Source: Octopus sinensis (lineage: Eukaryota). From it: DNA of 64,000 nucleotides. Positions 25,932 through 38,659 of this stretch are shown here, piece after piece (position 1 is the stretch's first letter; each line of letters starts with the position of its first letter). The notes beneath the pieces are model-generated. The model was given only the letters and a program-made list of their open reading frames with translations. It ran no database searches and was not told where the DNA came from. The translations under genes and the position numbers were made by a program. The stretch is from contig NC_043009.1 in assembly GCF_006345805.1 (NCBI RefSeq), positions 65,162,001-65,226,000 of the forward strand, given 5' to 3'.

Positions 25932-26194
25932 ATAGAATGGTTGTATACTGTCAATCTAACGTGAACGTGACAGTAGGGGGGTACACCACTGCTGTTTAGC
26001 CCTAGGAAGCATCGACGCTTTCTGATGGCTTGGCTGCTGGGGGTGTTTGTTTCCCCTTCGTAAATGCATATAAGGACACAGGAAAAATGTGTCGAAGCCA
26101 TCAGGAAGCGTCGATGCTTCCTAGGGCTAAACAGCGGTGGTGTAACCCCCTACTGTCACGTTCACGTTAGATTGATAGTATACAACCATTCTAT
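25932..26194. repeat. Fold-back element with ~100-bp arms
   Basis: 25932-26031 vs 26095-26194 reverse complement, few mismatches; right end runs into (TA)n. Confidence 0.9.
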
Positions 26195-26765
26195 ATATAT
26201 ATAGATATATATATACATACACGCATACTTACATATATAAATGTATGTTTTTATGTTCAGATGCAATAAAAACAATTTTGTGTTAATCTGATGGATTACT
26301 GTATACTTTTGTAGGGTACAAATTTATGATTTTCAAACAAGAATCTTTCTGACAGTGGTTTCGAAGTTAAGCTGCCTAAAATAGCCGAAACTTCCTAGTC
26401 GCTGTCAATAATACACTTGCTTAACAACAAACATATACGTATATAAGATATATAATAAGAGATGGCCAGAGAGAGAGAGAGAGGAGGGGGAGAAGCAAAG
26501 AGAATGAACGAGACAACATCAGGCGTGTCACTTATTGCTGGTTTATACCAAGTACATTTGTCTTAACTCCGACAAATTAAGCACAAGTTATAAACTCTAA
26601 ACAAATTAACTTCGAAATACATTTTCACTGGTTGTTTATTACAAACATTTTCAATGAATGATTGCATTAATTGCTAATAGTAATTGTGAAATGAACTCTC
26701 AGTTCTGCTAATAGATATTTGTAGTCTACTAATTTTTTTGCAATCTTCACACACACGCACGCACA

Positions 26766-26809
<44 letters not shown>

Positions 26810-27030
26810 ACACACACACACATGTATATATACACATATATGTATACATATATAAGATATTTATATATATATACGCACACACACACACATATGTATATAT
26901 ATCTATCTAAATATGCATATATACACATGTATACATACATATATGTATTTATGTGTGTGTATATATATATATATATAAATACATGTATATATATGTAGGC
27001 ATACGTGTGTGTGTGTGTGTGTGTGTGTGT

Positions 27031-27180
27031 GGTTAGCGTGTGGCTTACTGGTTAAGGTTATTACAGTCGTGATCATTAGTTTGTAGTTTCTATACCTGGA
27101 CCCAGCGATGCGCTGTGCTGAGCGAAACACATCATTACATGTTTGTCCAGTCCGTTCAGATGGTAAAAATGAGTAATTCT
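27031..27180 (+). mobile_element. Degenerate family-D-like SINE head/body
   Basis: GCGTGTGGCTTACTGGTTAAGG...CCAGTCCGTTCAGATGGTAAAAATGAGTA. Confidence 0.45.
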
Positions 27181-28193
27181 GAGTGGGCTCAGACTCCCTC
27201 TCTCTCTCTTTCTCTCTCTATCTCTTTCTCTCTTTTTCTCAATCTCTCTCTCTCTCTTTCACACTCACACACACACGTATTTATACAAGATATACAATTC
27301 TGCATTTTTAGTTTTTAGTATCATTAACATTGGTTAATTGCGGAGAAGTAATATTAACAATAAAAAACAAAACAAAACATTTTTCATGAAAATCACTTAG
27401 AAAATAGAGTTAAACAAGAGTAGCAGTAGGAGCAGCAGCAGCAACAACAACAACAACAGGAATAATAGTAAATAATATTAATAATACCAACAATTCGTTA
27501 ATACCCAAGATGACAAACAAACATTGATATAAGAAACAAAACAAGTCTTGAACGAAAGCAAAAAGTACGAAAGCCAAAAGGAAAGAAGTTTAAAAATAAA
27601 ACAAGCGGCGGCCAGAAGAATAAGTATAAAATATGTACGACACAAGTGGCTTGCGTTACCTGTAAATTACCTGTTAATTGTTTTGGTACGTCATATTCAT
27701 CATTGCTTATACACATATAGGTAATTATTTCTTTTTTTTATTGTCTCCATCAATGGTCAGAAACAATGCAAGAAGGTTGATTGAATAACGGCCGCCTTCG
27801 TGAAATTGCCATAAAAACGCTAATAACAAAAACAAACGAGTCGTTATTTTGTATTTCTCTATGGAAACATTTGCTTAAGATGTCTGCATTTCTGTGTGTG
27901 TGTGGAATGTATATATATATATATACCTCAGTCTAGGTGACTGAGTGCGTTTCACAAAAATTTGACCAACATAAATTCACCGTAAAATCTTCATCTTCTG
28001 CCATTCTTCATTTTTCGTTTAGCGTTGCTGTTGTTGTTGTTAATGTTGCAGTTTCGACTGTTGTTGTCAGTTGTTTGTAAATATAATGAAGGAGGTTTGT
28101 GGAGGAGATGTCAGCCATATTCGGAGTCGTTGGAGTAGTTGGAGTCGGTGGTCGAATTGGCTTTGATGATGTTGCTAGGAGTTTCCAGTAGTA

Positions 28194-28312
28194 GTTGTTG
28201 TTGTTGTTGTTGTTGTTGTTGTTCTTCTTCTTCTTCTTCTTCTTCTTCTTCTTCTTCTTCTTCTTCTTCTTCTTCTTCTTCTTCTTCTTCTTCTTCTTCT
28301 TCTTCTTCTTCT
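28194..28312. repeat. Compound (GTT)n-(CTT)n microsatellite
   Basis: Perfect trinucleotide runs; source of the poly-E/Q and poly-S/C ORFs. Confidence 0.95.
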
Positions 28313-29214
28313 TTTTCTTTCGTCTTCTTCTTCTTTAGTTTTTTATTAATCTTTTTGTCCATTTCCGTTTGTCATGATTGTCTTATCTTGGAGCAGATTT
28401 TTTTTTAAAGACGAGATTGTTATAAACATGGTAATAACAAAGGAAAAACAGTGATAAAATACCGAAACAATTATACTACATATGTATGTGTGTGTGTACA
28501 TATATATATATGTATATATGTATATATGTATGTATGTATGCATATATATGTGTGTGTATATATGTACGTATATATATATATATATATGTATATAAGTGTG
28601 TGTGTGTGAACACGTATATATATATTGCTTTATTTTATATATATATGTACATATGTATACATATAAACAAGCATACGTGTATGTAAAATACGTACGCGCA
28701 CACAGTCATTCACATACAGATACACGAATACACACACACACACACACAACATAATCAGACAGAATATACACCCAAAATTGTTTCTAAGTACCGAAAAAAA
28801 CGAAAAGCGGAAAGCAAAAGAAAAAAATATACCAATGACCGCATTCCTTCGTTTTTTTGTTCTCTCTTTATTATTTCTTGTACAGTTGTTGTTTTATTGT
28901 TACTGTTGTTGTTTATTTGTGTTGTTATTGTTATTAATTGTTCTACACAAATCAAGTTAAACCATTTAGAAATCACCATGCACATCATCATCATCATTCA
29001 CATAATTATTACATTTGTCACAGTTTTTGACTTTTATTGTTAAATCATCAGAATGGATAGAATGAGAGTCAAAATATTTTGCGGTGTTATTTAGTCCCAC
29101 CCTTCCGCACTCAAATTTTGAATGTCGTTGAGCTAAACTTTGCTTTCCATCTTTTCGTGGTCGATAAAATAATATAATACGTATATTTAATATATATATA
29201 TATATATATATATA

Positions 29215-29335
29215 TTGGCCTGCTCGCTTAGCCAGCGGGATGGCGCCATTTGAAGGCTAAAACAATGCGAAGCGCATTGTGACCAGCGATGTGTCGCAAG
29301 ATCTGATAGCCTGGTCGGTCACGGTGATCACGGTA

Positions 29336-29340
<5 letters not shown>
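29215..29340 (+). mobile_element. Tail-only fragment of SINE family C/D 3' module
   Basis: GGCCTGCTCGCTTAGCCAGCGGG...AAAACAATGCGAAGCGCATTGTGACCAGCGATG...CACGGTGATCACGG, almost identical to 30725-30848. Confidence 0.8.
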
Positions 29341-29401
<61 letters not shown>

Positions 29402-29679
29402 ATAAAGGGTGGAATATAATTAATTTAATAAAATTAATCAATTTCACCTAGTAGATTTGTCGGCATGGAAAAGACCATATTTGGTAAGGGTTATAATAAT
29501 TATAATTAAGGGTTAAATGCAACAAGTTGCTCAAAACCACATACCGAAAATATTAGAAATAGCAGCCAAAATTGGTCACTATTTCCTCTACTATTAAAAA
29601 GTCTCCACAAACAAACAGAATTTGTAAGCTGTATATGGCAAAAAAGGCAGAAAATAACGAAAACCCAGCCTATGGATTA

Positions 29680-29737
29680 ATTATAGACGACTCGTTTCTG
29701 GATTAGAACCGAAGGTTCATTTCCTTGTCAATATAAT
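29680..29737 (-). ncRNA. Hammerhead variant with compensatory U3-A8 core
   Basis: Minus strand ATTATA TTGACAA GGA aatGAACCttcGGTTCtaa TCC A GAAA CGAGTCG TC TATAAT. Confidence 0.55.
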
Positions 29738-30057
29738 ATTTCCTATAGATCTAGAAATGCTAGGGGAAAAAACTTACCCGTTACACCAGTACGATCAGCG
29801 ACATCGGACGGCCTAACGGAACTGCTAGCATTCCTACACCTATGCCGACATGCGAATTCATATTTCCCTCCAAAATTTACCACGTGAGCTACAAAAACAT
29901 TACCAACGAAACGAAAAATTCGGAGATAACTTGTAAGGGAGCAAAAGTATTCAATATGCAATAAAGGGTGGAATATAATTAATTTAATAAAATAAAATTA
30001 ATCAATTTCACCTAGTAGATTTGTCGGTATGGAAAAGACCATATTTGGTAAGGAAAT

Positions 30058-30115
30058 ATTATATTCATAAGGAAATGAACCTTCGGTACTAATCCAGAAA
30101 CGAGTCGTCTATAAT
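30058..30115 (+). ncRNA. Second copy of the U3-A8 hammerhead variant (G5C, probably inactive)
   Basis: ATTATA TTCATAA GGA...TCC A GAAA CGAGTCG TC TATAAT. Confidence 0.4.
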
Positions 30116-30323
30116 TAATCCATAGGCTGGGTTTTCGTTATTTTCTGCTTTTTTGCCATATACAGCTTACAAATTCTGTTTGTTTGTGGAGACTTTTTAC
30201 TAGTAGAGGAAATAGTGACCAATTTTGGCTGCTATTTCTAATATTTTCGGTATGTGGTTTTGAGCAACTTGTTGCATTTAACCCTTAATTAAAATATATA
30301 TATATATATATTATATATATATA

Positions 30324-30520
30324 TAGTTAATCCAAACAAGAAAGCACAAGAAACACAACAACGCGAGGACGTGGAACAAATATAGTATTATTGGACGCTC
30401 AGGAAAGAAGGAAAGAAGGAGGATTTAACGTTTCGAGCGGAGCTCTTCGTCGGAAACATAGGAGAAGGAAAGATCCAGAGAAGGGAAGACAAAGGGGAAA
30501 AAATCGCCAACGTTACACAC
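30324..30520 (-). mobile_element. PLE-like pLTR family P2 copy 2 with hammerhead variant at 30423-30457
   Basis: Minus strand GTTT CCGACGA A GAGC TCC GCTC GAAA CGT T AAAT; follows (TA)n. Confidence 0.6.
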
Positions 30521-30551
30521 GCGGTCACATTATATGTATGTATGTATGTGT

Positions 30552-30848
30552 GGAGGCGCAATGGCCCAGTGGTTAGGGCAGCGGACTCGCGGTTTCGATT
30601 CCCAGACCGGGCATTGTGAGTGTTTATTGAGCGAAAATACCTAAAGCTCTACGAGGCTCCGGCAAGGGGTGGTGGCGATCCCTGCTGTACTCTTACGCCA
30701 CAACTTTCTCTCACTCTTTCTTCTGTTGGCCTGCTCGCTTAGCCAGCGGGGTGGCGTCATTTGAAGGCTAAAACAATGCGAAGCGCATTGTGACCAGCGA
30801 TGTGTAGCAACATCTGATAGCCTGGTCGGTCATGGTGATCACGGTGAT
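30552..30848 (+). mobile_element. SINE family C, full length
   Basis: tRNA-like head GGAGGCGCAATGGCCCAGTGGTTAGGGCAGCGGACTCGCGGTTTCGATTCC; same head at 58847. Confidence 0.85.
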
Positions 30849-33800
30849 ATATGTATGTATATATAATTAAGTGATGTGAGAGGGAGAGATTGTGTGACTA
30901 AGTTGATCACCTTCAAATTTGTGGGAAGGACATTGTTGACAATATTCACAGCAGTTCTTGATATCACTTATTTTATCCATTTCTGAAAGAATGAAAGCTA
31001 AAATCTCCCTTGGCAAGATTAGAATTGAGAATGCAAACTCCTAGAACTCTAAGCTGCAAGACATTGAATCAGTCTCTGAGACATTGACTCTGCAAACCAA
31101 CCGATCTTGGAGACTGCAATATATTGCAATGCATCCTTCCATAGTAACTGTCTGATATATTTATATTTTTGTCTCGTTAGTTCTTTGTTGTTGAGTCTGA
31201 TAAATGATAACCGTAAAGAATTCATTTATATGAAAAGTTGCGTATACAATGTAAACGATGCAATAACTTATTATCTTTACAGCTGTTTCGAATGGTTGAT
31301 GACTCATTGATATAATGCCTATTATGCCAGAAGGTCCGATACTGAAGCAATATTGTTGGTATGACCACTCACTTACCCACTTGTACCTGTACTCCATATT
31401 ATATTTCCTCTCACCTCAATACTTTAACCAACTTGTCTCCCTTTTCTTCTGCCCATCCTCTTACATATCACTACCACCTCCCCTCTCTCTCTATCTAATT
31501 TTCAAACCACTATATATACTTTTCTCTACCATAAATTGCCCTGCTTCTGAAGTGAATGTCGCGACTCAGAGCAATTAAGATCCGTACTAATTAATCCTTG
31601 GCTTTTACATCTACCAAAATGATTACCTTAGTATTGCACCTGGTTCTGTAATATTTAATGCGGCTACCGCAGCCTTCAGATTCAGAGCCACTAATGTAGT
31701 CCCTCCCACGTTGTCTTCCTGTATTGGATTTGTTACGAACACAGAACATCTCAGTTATGATTCCGTTAATAAAGTTATACATTACATGTAAGATTAAAAG
31801 ATTTAAATTTCAGAGAGATACATTTTCGTTTGCCAAACACTGTATATATATATATATTCATCAGACAAAGAAACTGATAACTGAAGCTGGATAGATTTTT
31901 ATTTTATCTGCAAAGTTCTGCAGAAGAAAAGAATGGAATATCTCGTTACTCCACACTATTGTTGCTGTCTTATCTCACAAGAGCAATCCTCAAACTCAGT
32001 TCGGTTGATATTACTCTGTTTGTCTGTCTGTCTGTCTCTCCTCCTCCTCCATCTCTTTCTCCCTCTCTCTCCTTCACTCAGTTTACTCTCGTACATACAC
32101 ACATACATACGCACATATGTATGTCTCCCTATCTCTCCGCCTCTCAAGAGACACGCAGAGATGCAAAAGAGAGATAAAATGAAATTATCGGGTAATTTAT
32201 TAATAAGCTAGGATTGTTCAAAGAATATGTTTATATATTTTTATATACCAAATGTGTGCACATATATAGAAGGATAATATTTGACAATAACACAGACACA
32301 CACACACACACACATACATACACATACGTAAAATACATTTGTGTGTGTGTGTGTGTGTGTGTGTATTTATATGTGTATGTGCATATCATATATTTGTATA
32401 TTTGTACATACTAACTAAATGTATAATGACAAAAGGTAGATTTGTTTCTACTAAATGTAAATACTGTATATAGGCAAAGTACATTTATTTATATTTACTA
32501 ATTACGTTTATAAGGACCAAGTTTATGTTTGTATACGTTAGATATAAATTTGTGTAAAGAGGGAAAAAAAATGTTTTTTTATATTAATGAATGTTTTGTT
32601 ATTTATTGAATTATTGTGGAGGAAAGGGCGGAGTCCATGGCTTTATAGTAGGTCCTTCGAGATTGGTGAGAACGGCGTGCTTGACGTTCCAGTGGCATCA
32701 ACGGGTTTAACATAAGCCTAGGGTGCAAGAAAAAGAGAAAACATATTCAGAGAGGCATTTCAAAAGAGATGACGGTCTGCGAAGGAAGGAAAACTGTAGT
32801 CGTAGGTTTTGGGCCTAAGGTAGTGGTGGTGAGGAGAAGAGACTATAAGTGTGGAGGAGCGCAGGGACTGGTGTATCTTTAAGAGGTGACTCGAGAGTTG
32901 CTCACTCCTAGGAACAAACACTAAATGTAGAAGAGTTTGAGAGCGGAGAGAGCACGTCTGTAGGTGAAGTGCTGGGGTAGTGTTGGTTAGCAGCTTCTTG
33001 CCAGTCAGTCTTATGTTTCTGTCTTGGATGTCTGTGTAGATGCAGAAGCAGATTTGGGGCAGTATCTCATTAAGAGTCTTATAGCTCTTTGTGTTCAGTT
33101 AGAAGTAGTTAATGGCTTGAGTATTTTCTGGCACTAAAAAGGAAGCCAGTCTTTGCGATGTCGTCTTTGTTTTGTTGAGTATATATTGCTTTGCTAGAAG
33201 AATTCTTCTGTGATGTTATATAAAGTCTGTAGTGACCTTGCTGGTTCCCGTTGTGCGATGTTCGTGTTGAGTGAGCATGAGGTAGGGTAGTTCTTTGTAA
33301 GGTATAGTGATTCAGCCTTTTAGCAGAACACCTTTGGAGATTGTTTGCTGATTGTCTTTTCCTAGGTTTAGCGCAGATTAGGCATGAATCGTTTAATCAG
33401 TATATGAGTGATGCTGGTTACGGAAGATTAAGGAACATGAAAAGTGGTATTATCTTCACATGAATGTAGAATGGTAAAACCTAAACCCCAGCCTAAACCC
33501 ATATACTTCTATACAATGTACTTGTATCTACTAAATCTGTCTCCAACTCTTTGACTATACTTCTTATTACCCAATCAATTTTGAGTTACCAAACGGCAAA
33601 GCACATTTCTTTCTTAGTAGCAGACTTCAATGTAGCTGCAGTGCCTGGATCCTGTAGAAGAAACCTGAAAACTGGTTCCAATGTTTGTGGATGTGCGTTG
33701 TTGAGATAGCTGCATTTCCAGTGACTGAGTTTTACCTCTGATATCAGCCACCGCTGAACCTCTTTCAATTCAAACATCCCCACCCTGCTTACTTTGCCTC

Positions 33801-34044
33801 TGTAACTGGCGTAGCTACCCACTTGATACTCTATGTACTGAAATCACTATCAACCTAAAGGGTAATAATATATTTATGGAAGCTTTCAATTAAGACGACA
33901 CTCAACAGATGTTTAATCGATCATATGATGGCATTCATCTCGTTTACACCCCTTTATACTGACCACTGGTCTCCTAATCGAGGGCAGAGTTATAATGACC
34001 AGGATATAGTGACTCTGTCGTGACTTTTCATTTGAGACAGCAAA

Positions 34045-34275
34045 AGACGAAGACAGGTGGTGTAGACAACAAACAGCTGTATTAGTATAACGCTCGGGAA
34101 GTGAAAAAGTCTTTAACGTTTCGAGCCTACGCTCTTCCGCAGAAAGGAACAGTGAGAGAAAACAAAGAATGTGTAGTGACTAGCGATCTATCATGGCGAA
34201 TGCCGGAGAGAAGGGTCACACAGGAGAGCTAGGGAGAAGGAGAGATAATAAAGTAGTGGTGATCCCAAAACGAAG
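34045..34275 (-). mobile_element. PLE-like pLTR family P3 copy 3 with hammerhead variant at 34111-34146
   Basis: Minus strand CTTT CTGCGGA A GAGC GTAG GCTC GAAA CGT T AAAG. Confidence 0.6.
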
Positions 34276-34283
34276 GTGTTGAT

Positions 34284-34647
34284 ATTGATGTATCAATATC
34301 AACAGATGACAACCTTTCTCTAAAAGAAATGGACTATCTTTCAAAATACAAAGACCTGGAAATAGAGGTAACTCGAATGTGGAGTCTAAAAACAGAAACA
34401 ATTCCTATCATAATAGGCGCATTAGGTATGATAAAAAATATTCAGAAAAATATATAACAAAAACACCAGGACTAACAAAAAATATATGACATACAGAAAA
34501 CAGTACTATGAGGCATGGCACACATCTAACGTAATACACTTTCAATACAGTGAAAATATGTGCACCACAACAAACCACAGCACATACCCAAGGCACACAT
34601 AGCTCCGCTCGGTAGTGCAGTGAAAGCATGTGGTAAAAATAAGATTA

Positions 34648-34650
<3 letters not shown>
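34284..34650 (+). mobile_element. Dong/R4-like non-LTR retrotransposon 3' end (restriction-like endonuclease C-terminus + 3'UTR)
   Basis: IDVSISTDDNLSLKEMDYLSKYKDLEIEVTRMWSLKTETIPIIIGALGMIK..YITKTPGL..IQK..AHI.RNTLSIQ*, followed by (AAT)n. Confidence 0.85.
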
Positions 34651-34742
<92 letters not shown>

Positions 34743-34758
34743 TAATAATAATAATAAT
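34651..34758. repeat. (AAT)n microsatellite
   Basis: Near-perfect trinucleotide run. Confidence 0.95.
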
Positions 34759-35249
34759 CATGTACATTGTTTTGTCTTGGTATAAAAGATGGGCTACAGC
34801 AAATATTCTGCTCAATACCACAGATTTGCTTGTCAGTTGTTTGACCTTAACCAGTTGAGCATGTCCCTTAGTGGCTGACGATATGTGCACCTCTGATCAC
34901 GAGCAGAAGTAGTGGGGGAGCATCATAGCCATGTGTTGAGAAGGATTCTTTGGGGTTTGAATAATTCACCTCTGGAAACATGGGTGTTTCGTTCAACGTC
35001 CTTAAACAACCCTTATTCAGGGACATTTTGAGCGGGATGGGTTGCTCGATCTGAAGAAAATTCTAACTGGGCCCCACCTGCAAGGTCATGTGCTGTTTAT
35101 CTTGATATGAGATCACCATGTCGCGCACATATGGTTGTGATGCATGTGCCTGGTGTACCCTTATCAGACGGGTAGTCATGATGGGTATACTGGGCTTCGT
35201 ATATTTTACCCTAGTGTCACTTTGATGGCATGCTCTGCTCGCTCACTCA

Positions 35250-35250
<1 letters not shown>
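34759..35250. mobile_element. ~490-bp non-coding element flanked on both sides by (AAT)n
   Basis: GC-richer island with sharp boundaries at (AAT)n tracts; family unassigned. Confidence 0.45.
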
Positions 35251-35298
<48 letters not shown>

Positions 35299-35300
<2 letters not shown>

Positions 35301-35448
35301 TGAGGTATATTTGCCATCTCAATATGGCTAACCACTGGGGGTGGGTGTTACTGTAGCTTGTAGCCCCAGGAGAACATCTGGGGCTACAAGCTACAGTAAC
35401 ACCCACCCATGGTGGTTGGCCATATTGAGATGGCGAATATACCTCACA
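35299..35448. repeat. 150-bp near-perfect hairpin (~71-bp arms, 8-nt loop)
   Basis: TGTGAGGTATA...GCCCCAG gagaacat CTGGGGC...TATACCTCACA; 5 mismatches. Confidence 0.9.
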
Positions 35449-35581
35449 CTGTCGTGCAGTTACTGTTTATACCTCGTTCAGAGATTTATTATTGCAATAA
35501 TAATAATGATAGTGAGAATAACAAGAACAACAGCAGCAGCAGCAGCAGCAACAACAACAACAACAACAACAATAATAATAA

Positions 35582-35649
<68 letters not shown>

Positions 35650-36659
35650 TAATAATAATAATAATAATAATAAGGATCTGTGCACAGGCACTCACGTGTT
35701 TGTAGATTCTATCTCGAACCTGAAATGCCACTAGTCATTTCCTGTCGTTCTAGAAGACCAGAGAATTTGGGATTTTTCCATAGGGCTTGGATAGAAAGTC
35801 CTCTGCATAAAAACCAGCCAGGTGATTCTCGTCACTCCTTAGAAACCCGCAAAGACGTCACATTACCTCCGTGTGCAGCAGCAGTAGCAACCGTTCAAGA
35901 ATTTGGACCTGGAGATCTCCACTTCCAACGGCTTTGCGGGCCACCTCCCAGTGGTGTCGGGCATCAACGAAGAGCTCTTGACTACAACAAATCGACCAAA
36001 GTTTTTTTTCCAAGGTCTGGGGTCTCCCGCCCCTAAGCCCTAGACCATCACCTAATCACCCTTAACCGTCTTGTTGCTTAACAACAAAAACAACAACAAC
36101 AACAACAGCAGCAGTACCATCACCAATAACAACGACGACGTTAACCAAAAACACAAGACTATCACGATTCTTGCAATCTGGTTCTCAACAAGGCGGAGAC
36201 ACCCGAAGCTGGCGGAATTCGATCTGTGAGTTCTACACATTTGCTCGGCCAATTAGAATCGTATCTTAGCAAGATCGAAGTTAAATGAAATATGTCGACT
36301 ATAATAACGACGATGAATAGCGCCACAACATCACTATCGCCATCTGGTTTTGGTATGTTTCGTAGAACTAACGACAGAACCTATATTTCATCGCTCGACC
36401 TGATAGAAATAGCACCAAAATCTTCCTCAGCTCACATACGATCGTCCTAGAAAAGGGTGTATTAGATAATGAGGTCAGAGTATCCCGTAGACAAGAAAAA
36501 GGTGGGTGGTCACGGATGGAGTACCTATGATCGTATGTCAGCTCGATGAAGACTGACTTAGAGCTAAACGACAAATGCTGTAACTACAACCTCTACTTCT
36601 ATATTGTCACATCATGAGAACCACTCACACCCCACTTCCACTCCAGTACTACCACCGCA

Positions 36660-37915
36660 ACCATCGCCACTACCTCCTCCACCACCACCACCACCACCAC
36701 CACCACCACCACCACCACCACCATCACCATCAACATCTTTATTAAGTGCTGTTACTCACCACCTCCAGTCTCACTCCAACACCATCACCGCCACAACCAC
36801 GACCTTCACTTCATTAAACCTCCACCACCACCACTACCACCAACACCACCACCAACACCACTACTACCACCAACACCACTACCACAACCACTACCACCAC
36901 CACCACCACCACTAGTACCATCACTACCACCATCTTCACCACCACGGCCGCCATCTCCACCACCATCGCCGCCGCCGTCACCACCACCACCACCACTACC
37001 ACTGTCACATCTACAACTAAAGCCACCATTCCACCCTAATCCTAACCACGATCCCACCCACACCACTAGTCACATAAACCAACACTGTCGTCACCACCAC
37101 CACCACCACCACCACCACACCACCACCACCACACCACCACCACCACCGCCACCACCACCACCACCACCACCACCACCACCACCACCATCACCATCAACAT
37201 CTTTATTAAGTGCTGTTACTCACCACCTCCAGTCTCACTCCAACACCATCACCGCCACAACCACGACCTTCACTTCATTAAACCTCCACCACCACCACCA
37301 TCACCATCAACATCTTTATTAAGTGCTGTTACTCACCACCTCCAGTCTCACTCCAACACCATCACCGCCACAACCACGACCTTCACTTCATTAAACCTCC
37401 ACCACCACCACCATCACCATCAACATCTTTATTAAGTGCTGTTACTCACCACCTCCAGTCTCACTCCAACACCATCACCGCCACAACCACGACCTTCACT
37501 TCATTAAACCTCCACCACCACCACCATCACCATCAACATCTTTATTAAGTGCTGTTACTCACCACCTCCAGTCTCACTCCAACACCATCACCGCCACAAC
37601 CACGACCTTCACTTCATTAAACCTCCACCACCACCACCACACCACCACCACCACTACCACTGTCACATCTACAACTAAAGCCACCATTCCACCCTAATCC
37701 TAACCACGATCCCACCCACACCACTAGTCACATAAACCAACACTGTCGTCACCACCACCACCACTACCACCAACACCACTACTACCACCAACACCACTAC
37801 TACCACCAACACCACTACTACCACCAACACCACTACTACCACCAACACCACTACCACAACCACTACCACCACCACCACCACACCACCACCACCACCACCA
37901 CCACACACAGATACA
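36660..37915. repeat. (ACC)n-rich array containing a 113-bp minisatellite
   Basis: CATCTTTATTAAG recurs at 37198, 37311, 37424 and 37537 (period 113), plus one copy near 36735. Confidence 0.9.
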
Positions 37916-37943
37916 CACACAAGCACAAGTATATCTCTTAGCT

Positions 37944-38241
37944 TTTTCTTGTTTCAGTCATTAGGCAGCCACTGCCATTCTGGAGCACCGCCTTAAGGAA
38001 TTTTAGTCTAAGAAATCGATTCCAGTAATTATTTTACACCCCCACACAAACACCCCCACACACACCTAAATATTTATATAAATGACGGGCTTCTTTCAGT
38101 TTCCGTCTACCATATCTACTCACAAGGTTTTAGTAGCTCCGGGACGATTGTAGAAGACAATTGCACAAATGTGCCATGCAGTGGGAGTGAACCCGGAACC
38201 ATGTGATCGCGAAGCAAACTGCTTACCACACAGCCACGCCT
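37944..38241 (-). mobile_element. SINE family A, internally deleted
   Basis: Head and tail present on the minus strand. Confidence 0.8.
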
Positions 38242-38659
38242 TGTGAAATTTCTACATAGATTTCCGTCGGTTTCGACGATGAGCCTTACGTAGCATTTCG
38301 ACCATTCTGTTCGTCGAATTCACATTTACGCGTCTGAGAATTCTTGGGTCGTCTGAATTTCATTTTCAAATAGATTTAGTAGCGCCGAGGGTAAGAAGTT
38401 TTCCTCATTGAAGTACGAAATCCACCCCGATAAACGTCGATATAGATTCTGTCGACCCAGTTTCGGGCACAAGATTTGGTTCAGCTGGATCTACAGTTGA
38501 AAAGAGCAACATCGCAGCAGAATCGAACCCGGCTTATGGAGGTTATGAAATGAACTTCCTTATCATTCGGTCATTCAGAAAACGCGAGCGCGCACACAGA
38601 CACGCACACACATACACACACTCTCTAACACACGCACACACGCTCACGTATACATACAT

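Larger units (their letters stand above)
29399..30291. mobile_element. PLE-like composite element: direct repeat A (29399-29489, 29958-30053) plus inverted repeat B (29503-29744, 30051-30291), in (TA)n
   Basis: Direct and inverted copies visible by eye; homologous to 2498-3131; a hammerhead-like motif in each B arm. Confidence 0.7.

Noticed and set aside
35680-36036. 118-aa + strand ORF of complex sequence
   Set aside because: Starts at a non-ATG codon right after (AAT)n, has no recognisable domain or splice signals.
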